DNA of 37,724 bases from a virus (Duplodnaviria > Caudoviricetes), in the IMG/VR virus record IMGVR_UViG_3300020057_000084, positions 1 through 37,724 of that record, one strand, 5' to 3'. Both the position numbers and the translations under genes were made by a program. Below the pieces are notes generated by a model. The model was not told the origin of the DNA and did not search any database. It saw only the letters and a list, made by a program, of their open reading frames with translations. Positions 1 to 6,608 of this stretch are shown piece after piece (position 1 is the stretch's first letter; the number at the start of each line of letters is the position of its first letter).

Positions 1-160
1 CTGACACTTGTCCGTCACTTGTCTGACACTTGTCTGACACTTGTCCGTCACTTGTCTGACACTTGTCTGACACTTGTCCGTCACTTGTCTGACACTTGTC
101 TGACACTTGTCCGTCACTTGTCTGACACTTGTCTGACACTTGTCCGTCACTTGTCTGACA
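1..160. repeat. 11-bp tandem array with a 33-bp higher-order period; probable iterons / origin
   Basis: 14 full units of ctgacacttgt or ccgtcacttgt in a repeating pattern, plus a partial unit, inside the initiator gene. Confidence 0.9.
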
Positions 161-499
161 GATCACGCATGTTGGGTAGACACTAGCCTGCACCCTGTCC
201 TCCCTTTGCTTCTGGTAGTCGGACCAGTTAAGAAAATGCACATACACTTCGCCACCTACTTTGAAAAAGTGAATTGACTGAACTTTAGTAATCTCTGTTA
301 GCCATTCTTGCATCTGGTCTTTGGGGATTTCATCGAAGCCAAATATGAGTCTCTTGAGCGAGCCCGCATCGCCCCTGAGGTATCCGTCATCATCAGCATT
401 AGATATCATGCCTATAAAAAGCAATCTAGCTTGGAGACACAACTCGTTAAAAGTTGGGTCCTCCCAGATGTGCGGATCAATCATTCTTTTTCTAGCCAT
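1..499 (-). CDS. Phage replication initiator / replisome organizer; C-terminus runs off the window; not in the ORF track
   Basis: Manual translation from ATG 499: MARKRMIDPHIWEDPTFNELCLQARLLFIGMISNADDDGYLRG...HFLNWSDYQK, which resembles phage replication initiator N-termini. The frame stays open through the repeat array as CQTSDGQVSDK repeats. Confidence 0.8.
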   Translation of the reverse strand, partial: MARKRMIDPHIWEDPTFNELCLQARLLFIGMISNADDDGYLRGDAGSLKRLIFGFDEIPKDQMQEWLTEITKVQSIHFFKVGGEVYVHFLNWSDYQKQREDRVQASVYPTCVICQTSDGQVSDKCQTSDGQVSDKCQTSDGQVSDKCQTSDGQVSDKCQTSDGQVS

Positions 500-540
500 A
501 TAAGTCATCCAAATGTTTTCGCCTACTGACTTTGGACAGG

Positions 541-1233
541 TCAGGTCATGTAATCCGGGTATGTCGCATATTTCGGATTTGTTTGCCAGCTATATCTCTC
601 CCGGAATGGAGGCAAAGTTTTTGTTGCTTCCCATTCAGTCATGGCCTTTTCAAAATCGTCAATTATTTTATCTATCTCTGGTTTAATTTCTTCTGTCTTA
701 TAAATAAATGTTTCAACTCTTAAATCATCGCTGGCAATATAGTCTACTGCGTAATACTCTGAGCCTATCCCAAGTGCATAGAATCCAGCCTGTAATTTGT
801 GTTGCGGATCAGCTCCGTTACCAGGTTTTATTTTAGTACCTACTATTCTTGAGAATTTAGCATTTGTTACACTTTTGATTTCATGGGGTAGGGTTAGCCC
901 TTTAAGCTGTGGCGCATTACCGTTGTAGGTCATTACTGAGTCGACGTAGCCAATACAATCCCTGTAGATTATCTTTAATTGCTTCTTCACTACATTATCA
1001 GCCCAGCTTAAGATTCTTTCTTCCACGTCTTTACCTCGTTGAAAAGTCCTAAGCGTAAACTCATCAAATGGTTTTGCTTCGACACCTGTTATTTTCAAGA
1101 CTTGCCAAAGCGTTGGCCATCCAAGCATTGAAGCCGACAGCTTACCGCTTGATTCATGGGCTAGCCTCTCAAGCCTGTTGATCTCAAGTATCCTTTGTCC
1201 TATTTGTTGATCTAATGTATAATCTCGTATCAT
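541..1233 (-). CDS. PD-(D/E)XK exonuclease (Cas4/RecB/YqaJ-like); probable start 1233
   Basis: Motifs SASMLG, GxxVE, GYVD, EIKS and QxxxY. ATG 1233 lies just after the stop of the upstream small ORF. Confidence 0.75.
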   Translation of the reverse strand: MIRDYTLDQQIGQRILEINRLERLAHESSGKLSASMLGWPTLWQVLKITGVEAKPFDEFTLRTFQRGKDVEERILSWADNVVKKQLKIIYRDCIGYVDSVMTYNGNAPQLKGLTLPHEIKSVTNAKFSRIVGTKIKPGNGADPQHKLQAGFYALGIGSEYYAVDYIASDDLRVETFIYKTEEIKPEIDKIIDDFEKAMTEWEATKTLPPFRERYSWQTNPKYATYPDYMT

Positions 1234-1235
1234 AA

Positions 1236-1397
1236 TTAAGAGACAGATAAAAGCCATAAAGATTCACTTTTCCTGTGCTCACCCTTTTTAAAAGCAGTTT
1301 TAGGCACTAGTCCCGTCTTAATTCCCTTATTCCATGGGATTGCGCCAAGTGCATATTTGTTTCCTAGTCCTAATTTGTTTCCTTTTTGAAATGACAT
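1236..1397 (-). pseudogene. 53-aa remnant of an HNH endonuclease N-terminal DNA-binding region
   Basis: MSFQKGNKLGLGNK...PWNKG...TAFKKG, with no nuclease domain following. Confidence 0.5.
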
Positions 1398-1399
1398 AT

Positions 1400-1540
1400 T
1401 TATTCCTCCTCCTGTTCGTCTATCTCCCTACACTTTGCTTTATAGGCTTCCCATGCTTTGTCCTTGGCATCCTGTGCTGGGACTGCTATTGCTTGGTAGG
1501 TTTCCCATGCCTCGTCTGTCTGTTCTTCTTTTGATTTCAT
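1400..1540 (-). CDS. 46-aa helical hypothetical protein, paralog of 1543..1701
   Basis: MKSKEEQTDEAWETYQAIAVPAQDAKDKAWEAYKAKCREIDEQEEE; GGAGGA upstream; tightly packed with neighbours. Confidence 0.7.
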   Translation of the reverse strand: MKSKEEQTDEAWETYQAIAVPAQDAKDKAWEAYKAKCREIDEQEEE

Positions 1541-1542
1541 AT

Positions 1543-1701
1543 CTATTCCTCCACTTGTTCCTCTATATCCCTGCACTTTACTAGGTAGGCTTTCCGTTCT
1601 TCATCTCGTATTGCCTTGTAGGCTTCCCACGGTAAGGCTACTGCTTCAAGGTAGGCTTTTAGTGCTTTGTTTTTTTGTTCTTCTTTGGTTAGTTTTTTCA
1701 T
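1543..1701 (-). CDS. 52-aa helical hypothetical protein, paralog of 1400..1540
   Basis: MKKLTKEEQKNKALKAYLEAVALPWEAYKAIRDEERKAYLVKCRDIEEQVEE. Confidence 0.7.
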   Translation of the reverse strand: MKKLTKEEQKNKALKAYLEAVALPWEAYKAIRDEERKAYLVKCRDIEEQVEE

Positions 1702-1761
1702 ATTATTGTTTATTCCCTAGTGCCTGGTTCAAGACCTTGCGGTTGAGCCAAGCATCAAGGC

Positions 1762-2088
1762 CTAAGCTGAATAATCTTCCTTATCTGAATCCCCGTTTGT
1801 TTCATTAGGCTGATATACTTCGTATTCTTTCCAGAAGTATCCTCCGTCTTTATATTCTCCAAGCGCTGATTGTGCGCCACATTTACAATTGACTTGTACG
1901 AATACAAACCCCTGCGACCTTCTAGCTGATAGTGACTTGGTAGTTAGCCCTGAATCCTTACAGACATTACAATGACTTCTCGGCGTAGCTAATGCTACAG
2001 CTTTGAGTAGTGCTTCCTTGTCTGCTTTCTCTTCAACCTCGAAGGTAAAAGAAGCGCTCCCTATTGAAAGATTTGAAATTACTTTCAT
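1762..2088 (-). CDS. Hypothetical Zn-binding protein with acidic tail
   Basis: CNVC and CKC motifs; 4-nt overlap with the upstream gene. Confidence 0.65.
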   Translation of the reverse strand: MKVISNLSIGSASFTFEVEEKADKEALLKAVALATPRSHCNVCKDSGLTTKSLSARRSQGFVFVQVNCKCGAQSALGEYKDGGYFWKEYEVYQPNETNGDSDKEDYSA

Positions 2089-2285
2089 GTTAATGCCTGA
2101 GCTAGGTTGTTTAGGCTTTCTTCTTCATAGGTTGGTCTTGCTTCTCTTAATCCCCTTAGTAGAATCTCTGCTATTGCAATATGCGTACTTCCATCATCAA
2201 GTTTTCCATACTCCTGACATTGTGCTGCCTTAGTAAGATGTTTATCGACTAATTTACCTTGATATTCTAAATCTTTATAACTCAT
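2085..2285 (-). CDS. Hypothetical protein
   Basis: Packed in the early operon; GGAGG upstream. Confidence 0.65.
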   Translation of the reverse strand: MSYKDLEYQGKLVDKHLTKAAQCQEYGKLDDGSTHIAIAEILLRGLREARPTYEEESLNNLAQALT

Positions 2286-2477
2286 TTAATTCACCTCCCT
2301 CCGATTGTAGGTTGTCGTTTCTATTGAGTAGTTATTACCGCATCCACGACAAAAGAGTGTCCCGTCCCAATCTTTCTCAAGATAGGTTCCGCATTCACAC
2401 TCATAGTCAGTGAGCATCTCAAGCTCGTTGTCTACCTGTGTCTCGTTTATTACAAACTCATCAAACATTTTCTCCAT
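2286..2477 (-). CDS. Small Zn-ribbon protein
   Basis: CECG and CRGC motifs; GAGGA upstream. Confidence 0.65.
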   Translation of the reverse strand: MEKMFDEFVINETQVDNELEMLTDYECECGTYLEKDWDGTLFCRGCGNNYSIETTTYNRREVN

Positions 2478-2655
2478 CCTCTCTTTGCATGTCCCTGATA
2501 AACTCAGCCTTCTCAGTTAGTTCTTCAGAACTTACATGATCCTCATCTATCTCAACTACTTCGCCTTTGCTTAGCTGTGCTCCGTAAGTAACACATTTGG
2601 AGTAATCTAGTACATCACTTGATACTTTAAGAGCAACTGTGTGTTTACATGTCAT
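2461..2655 (-). CDS. Hypothetical protein
   Basis: Overlaps both neighbours; GGGAGG upstream. Confidence 0.55.
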   Translation of the reverse strand: MTCKHTVALKVSSDVLDYSKCVTYGAQLSKGEVVEIDEDHVSSEELTEKAEFIRDMQREDGENV

Positions 2656-3196
2656 CTAGATACCTCCCTGAAGTGTAGGCTGACCACGGATACCAGCTTG
2701 ATTTTGTGAATATCCAGTAAGCCATAAGTGTATTGTTATAGGGATCATTTAGCCATTCAACTTTATCCTCCAGTGTTTCTCCTGGAATCCTTGACCAATG
2801 AATTTTAGTGTCTTTACTTTGGATATTGATCTGGAAGATGCCTATTGAATCCTCAGCTCCCGTGGTAAGCCTGCAATTTCTTGGATAGTCTCTATGTGAG
2901 GGGCCACACTCGTTATAGTGAACAGCTCTAGCAACTCTCCATTCAGAGCCGAAGATTATTTTAATATAGTTTTCAACAGACTCTTGCTCCGAAGTGTCAA
3001 CAAGACTAACCTCCGGAGCAGGAGTTGTTATCACTACAGGAACCGAGTTATTTTGTGGCTCGGCCTGAGCATTTGCTTCTTTCACTACCACTACCTCACC
3101 CTGTAACCCTTTATGGTTGGTATAAGATAGTAGAGCGATAAATGGGAAGATCAACGCAATAAGGAAAGCAATAGATCCAGCTTTTGAGTCTGGCAT
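2645..3196 (-). CDS. Membrane-anchored lysozyme-like / lytic transglycosylase (SLT-like) protein
   Basis: N-terminal TM helix, candidate catalytic Glu in HYNECG, GIFQIN, DPYNN and WYPWSAY. Confidence 0.75.
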   Translation of the reverse strand: MPDSKAGSIAFLIALIFPFIALLSYTNHKGLQGEVVVVKEANAQAEPQNNSVPVVITTPAPEVSLVDTSEQESVENYIKIIFGSEWRVARAVHYNECGPSHRDYPRNCRLTTGAEDSIGIFQINIQSKDTKIHWSRIPGETLEDKVEWLNDPYNNTLMAYWIFTKSSWYPWSAYTSGRYLDDM

Positions 3197-3408
3197 TATT
3201 GATTACCTCCTTTTTTGAGTTGTTCATGGAGCCCTTGTGGGGAGACATGTTTGATGTCTTCTGCAATTTTGGGGTTTGTCCATTTGCGGGTCAATCGTGC
3301 TATATCACCAACAAACTCATTAAGCTCAGGGTCTTCCCGTAAGAACTTAACAACCTCAGGATGAAGGTTTGCTATCCTTGATGTCTTTTGATATACTTTG
3401 TCGCTCAT
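3196..3408 (-). CDS. Hypothetical protein, first gene of the leftward early operon
   Basis: TAATG overlap with the next gene; lies downstream of a sigma70-like promoter. Confidence 0.6.
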   Translation of the reverse strand: MSDKVYQKTSRIANLHPEVVKFLREDPELNEFVGDIARLTRKWTNPKIAEDIKHVSPQGLHEQLKKGGNQ

Positions 3409-3514
3409 AAGATTTGGTTCTCAAATCTTAAGGTGACTAATTGTTAGTGGTGGTTAAATTTTCTAACCACCCCAACTGCTATTCCTTGAAGATTTAAAGT
3501 TTCCTTCTGTAGGT

Positions 3515-3543
3515 ATTAAATCATATGTATTGATAATTGTCAA
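3515..3543 (-). promoter_or_regulatory. Sigma70-like early promoter
   Basis: TTGACA-17bp-TTTAAT. Confidence 0.6.
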
Positions 3544-3565
3544 CTAGTAAAATGTGTTGTAATAT
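3537..3565 (+). promoter_or_regulatory. Divergent sigma70-like promoter for the integrase fragment
   Basis: TTGTCA-17bp-TAATAT. Its -35 overlaps that of the early promoter within the near-palindrome TTGATAATTGTCAA. Confidence 0.5.
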
Positions 3566-3592
3566 CAATATCTGCCAATTCCATGAGCGAGC

Positions 3593-3991
3593 ATGGACAA
3601 CTTAGAAGGCTTTAAGCTTTGGCTTTACAGAAATGGTAGAGCTAGAAGCACTATAGCCACAAAACTAGACCTTATTGCCCGAATATTAAGGGACGTGAGT
3701 CCTATTAATCAAGGTGGGGTCGAAGAATACCTCTTAACCCTATACGAAGATGGTAGAACAGCTAGTTACCTGAATACTTTTATAGACTCCTTAAGACTTT
3801 ACCAGAGATATTTAAACGAGGAGGAATGGAATATTCCGTACTTCAAAGAGAAGGAAACATTCAAGACATTACTCTCTAATGAGGAAATTAAATCCATCCT
3901 TGAACTAAAACCACCCAGAAACGGTGAGAAAGAGTCTCGGGCAGGGGCTCTTTCTAGTATTCCAGGGTTACACTGGGATTATATACATTAA
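3593..3991 (+). pseudogene. Tyrosine recombinase N-terminal (core-binding) domain; catalytic domain absent
   Basis: FxxWLxxxGRAxSTI, SYLNTFIDSLRLY and LLSNEEIKSIL. The frame then runs into the convergent gene with no R..H-x-x-R..Y residues. Confidence 0.65.
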
Positions 3992-4340
3992 CCACTTCCA
4001 CCCGCTTGCCCTCTCTTTCTTTTACTCTATGATAAGCCTCACTATAACTACCAGTCTGGAATTCATCAGCGGGGAATCTTTGTTGATTCATAGCTACCTT
4101 CTTTGCTACAGCCTCACCAAGATTGATACCACGCTTATTACAGTAATCCGCTAAGAAGTTAAACACGTCTGCTGCCTCAAGCCCCATCTCGGCATGTTCC
4201 CATATTGTCGGGTCATCTCGGTCTGACTGGATTAACTCATCAACTTCTCCCATCAATCTATACAAGGAGGATAGGGGATGACCCTCCTGCATCAATGGCC
4301 TCTCTTCTATAAATTGTTGTTGTAGTCTCTGTTCAATCAT
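3954..4340 (-). CDS. MazG-like nucleotide pyrophosphohydrolase; probable start 4340
   Basis: LMGEVDEL...EAADV acidic motif and INLGEAVAKKVAMNQQRFP. Confidence 0.75.
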   Translation of the reverse strand: MIEQRLQQQFIEERPLMQEGHPLSSLYRLMGEVDELIQSDRDDPTIWEHAEMGLEAADVFNFLADYCNKRGINLGEAVAKKVAMNQQRFPADEFQTGSYSEAYHRVKEREGKRVEVVNVYNPSVTLEY

Positions 4341-4443
4341 TTTTGCACTTATGCTTTCTATAACACTCTTCACAAACAAAGTGTTCCTTTGATTGGCAGA
4401 GTATGTATCCTTTTTGTGGTGAACATCTACAGTGTTTTTTCAT
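4333..4443 (-). CDS. 36-aa Cys/His-rich mini-protein
   Basis: MKKHCRCSPQKGYILCQSKEHFVCEECYRKHKCKND; GAGGGAG upstream; ATGATTGA overlap with the MazG-like gene. Confidence 0.5.
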   Translation of the reverse strand: MKKHCRCSPQKGYILCQSKEHFVCEECYRKHKCKND

Positions 4444-4744
4444 TCATTTTGACTCCCTCTAATAGTTTCTGGAGAGCTGCAAGAGTCCTCCATGCACATT
4501 TTCCCAAATGCAAAATTCCATCCGTATCATATAGATTCCCAGAAGCATGATCAGTTAAGTGTCTAGTGAGTGCGTCTAGTTCATCAGTCGACTTATTTCT
4601 GTCCCAATGCAAGGGAGTACTGGGATGATGTTGATCGTTACCCGCTTGACTAACTTGCGATACATATTTGATAGCATCTGGAAAGTACGCTAAAACCCCG
4701 GAATAAATCGGGGTAGATTTTCTAGCCTTTGCCTCTTTTGTCAT
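4427..4744 (-). CDS. dATP/dGTP diphosphohydrolase domain protein (DUF5664-like)
   Basis: RKxxPxxSGVLxYFPDA, GNDQHHP, LHWDR, DALTRHL, DTDGILH and AWRxLA. Confidence 0.8.
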   Translation of the reverse strand: MTKEAKARKSTPIYSGVLAYFPDAIKYVSQVSQAGNDQHHPSTPLHWDRNKSTDELDALTRHLTDHASGNLYDTDGILHLGKCAWRTLAALQKLLEGVKMNEKTL

Positions 4745-4747
4745 AGT

Positions 4748-4833
4748 GAGCCAGAAAGGGAATGACCCTTATGTAACGGGTCGGCGAAACCCAAATCAAG
4801 CCTTTAGTTACATCGCTACGTTAGCGCTGGCTC
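4748..4833 (-). ncRNA. Putative four-way-junction (cloverleaf-like) RNA
   Basis: GAGCCAG/CTGGCTC closes CGCTA/TAGCG, ATGTAAC/GTTACAT (with inner GGGTT/GACCC) and AAGGG/CCCTT. Confidence 0.55.
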
Positions 4834-4837
4834 TTGA

Positions 4838-4891
4838 TGGAGGTGTGGAGCTTTGCACTCCTTACCTATTACTAGGTCGAATTACACCCCC
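4838..4891 (-). ncRNA. Putative minimal tmRNA-like / tRNA-Ala-like RNA
   Basis: GGGGGTG/CACCTCC acceptor stem with G3.U70 and discriminator A; TTCGAC after the 5' strand; GTAA-capped stem; GGAG-TGCAAAG-CTCC T-arm. Confidence 0.6.
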
Positions 4892-5994
4892 TTGCGAGGT
4901 CTACCCGGACCTCTTTTAACATCTAGTCCAATTTCCTGACGTAGGTTATAATCTTCTCCTGAATACACAACCCCATCTGGTCCTATAAATGCTGGCGTTC
5001 CATGCTTCAAAACAACAGAATATGGCTGTTCACCTACTTTTTTGTCCCAAAAATATACCCCAAAACCCTGTGACCAATTTGAATTGGCTTTTTTTACAAA
5101 ATGAAGGTTATCTCTTGAAAAACCTCCGTGCACTATTCCAGTCTTTAATTCTCCAAGAGCAGTGCGTTCTTCGTGATACTGATTTCTATTTATATGTGCT
5201 GTTGTTACGCTTACTCCTGCATCCTGTACTTCCAATTTAGCTATGTGTGCTTTTGCTCCCGCTCTCTGGCCATGCCAAAAAACTCTATCGTGCCATTTAT
5301 AATACCTACCTTGACCATATGGTACAACTTCCCAGTCGGAGAGTCCCCACATTTCTTCTGGCGATTTAACCCATTCCTCTATACCATCAGTTTTATTAGC
5401 CATATAGTTTCCAAACCTATGGTCATGGTTTCCAAATATAAAAACTCTCTTAGCGTTTGGTAGTTGGTCTGTCATTTTGGAAATAAACCATTGCATGGCT
5501 GCAATTTCATCTGCCATTGTGCCTGCCTGATCAGGGGTAGACCCAAATTTATTGGCTTGCTCCATATCAGCAATATCACCGTTCAATACTAGGTGAGTTA
5601 TTTTCTCCTTATTTGCGTCTACATACTGCATGAAAGCACCGACTGCTTCATCATCAGCATTTCTTAAAAATTGAAAATCATTAGCTACAACCAACATCTC
5701 CGTATATTGTTTTGGGGATTTTTCCTTTAATTCTTTGGCTCTTTTTCTCACCTGTTTCTCTCGCAAAGCTCCAATTGGGGTAGGCTCTTGTGGAGCTATC
5801 CCCTCTAAGATTATTGGGTCAGAAAGAATACCTCCTTCTTCCTGCGTAATTTGCGTGAGCTCTTGTCTAACCTGTTCAATGGTTGTGATGAGGGCAGGTC
5901 TACGGATAGGCTCTGGGGGCATAGGATAGCCCACAACAGAGGTTTCAGGTCTTTCATAGTTAATTGGTTGTTCATGTTGTTGTTGCACTTCCAT
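4882..5994 (-). CDS. Calcineurin-like metallophosphoesterase with C-terminal AT-hook-like motif
   Basis: DxQ, GDxxD, GNHD, WHG and AHxN motifs; terminal KRGPGRPRK. Confidence 0.8.
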   Translation of the reverse strand: MEVQQQHEQPINYERPETSVVGYPMPPEPIRRPALITTIEQVRQELTQITQEEGGILSDPIILEGIAPQEPTPIGALREKQVRKRAKELKEKSPKQYTEMLVVANDFQFLRNADDEAVGAFMQYVDANKEKITHLVLNGDIADMEQANKFGSTPDQAGTMADEIAAMQWFISKMTDQLPNAKRVFIFGNHDHRFGNYMANKTDGIEEWVKSPEEMWGLSDWEVVPYGQGRYYKWHDRVFWHGQRAGAKAHIAKLEVQDAGVSVTTAHINRNQYHEERTALGELKTGIVHGGFSRDNLHFVKKANSNWSQGFGVYFWDKKVGEQPYSVVLKHGTPAFIGPDGVVYSGEDYNLRQEIGLDVKRGPGRPRKGV

Positions 5995-6271
5995 CTTCTA
6001 GGGTCCTTTGCTTTGCCTCATAAATATCTTTAACTACTAAATGATGTCCTTCCGCATATAACTCCTGCCTTGCTCCTGCCTCTATGCCTGTAAAGATCGT
6101 ATAGATGGTGTTATCCACCACTAGCCTTTTATCTTTCCCATGAGTTACCGCGACAGTGTCCTTCTCAGGATGCTCTAGTCTCGCATCTTCATAAACCTGT
6201 CTCACTCTGATTGCATTCCCCAAGGTTACAATGTTATGTAGATCCTTAGGACTGTACCCTTCGATTTCCAT
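5972..6271 (-). CDS. Hypothetical protein
   Basis: 99-aa ORF overlapping the downstream gene. Confidence 0.6.
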   Translation of the reverse strand: MEIEGYSPKDLHNIVTLGNAIRVRQVYEDARLEHPEKDTVAVTHGKDKRLVVDNTIYTIFTGIEAGARQELYAEGHHLVVKDIYEAKQRTLEDGSATTT

Positions 6272-6354
6272 ATTAGTTGGTGGTTTCTAACCCCTTTATC
6301 CACCTAATGCCTGCTGGACTTATCCGAGTTTTTCAAGGGCTCAGGCAATTCTTT

Positions 6355-6597
6355 TTACTGCCCTCCAACTTTCTTGGCAAGCTGGTATGTTCCTGTTCCT
6401 ACTAATGCTGATACTATTCCTGTTTCGATTGTTAATCCGAATACGTGGAAAAATCCTAAGATTATCCCAATTACTAATGCTAATAGAACTCCGAAAACCG
6501 TATTTACATCAACCTCTGTGTAAACCTGCAAAACTGAAACTATCCCTTTAACTATCCCAATAATTGCTGCGACTGCCACTATATTTATCTGATCCAT
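6355..6597 (-). CDS. Holin
   Basis: 80 aa with two to three TM helices and a basic C-terminus; adjacent to the amidase. Confidence 0.75.
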   Translation of the reverse strand: MDQINIVAVAAIIGIVKGIVSVLQVYTEVDVNTVFGVLLALVIGIILGFFHVFGLTIETGIVSALVGTGTYQLAKKVGGQ

Positions 6598-6608
6598 ATG
6601 CTCACCCC

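Noticed and set aside
1-160. CRISPR array near a Cas4-like gene
   Set aside because: The units are contiguous 11-mers with no unique spacers and lie in a coding frame. The nuclease lacks the Cas4 cysteine cluster.
4427-4744. Z-genome (2-aminoadenine) pathway
   Set aside because: No purZ or dedicated DNA polymerase is seen in the window, and this domain alone is not sufficient evidence.
4748-4833. Canonical tRNA or hammerhead ribozyme
   Set aside because: There is no proper D-loop, 7-nt anticodon loop or TTCRA T-loop. CGAAAC is present on the plus strand but the CUGANGA core is not.
4838-4891. Full-length or permuted tmRNA gene, or simple attP copy of a tmRNA 3' end
   Set aside because: There is no tag-reading frame, the ends are in normal order, and both ends are present and joined by a tetraloop stem, which an attP fragment would not need.
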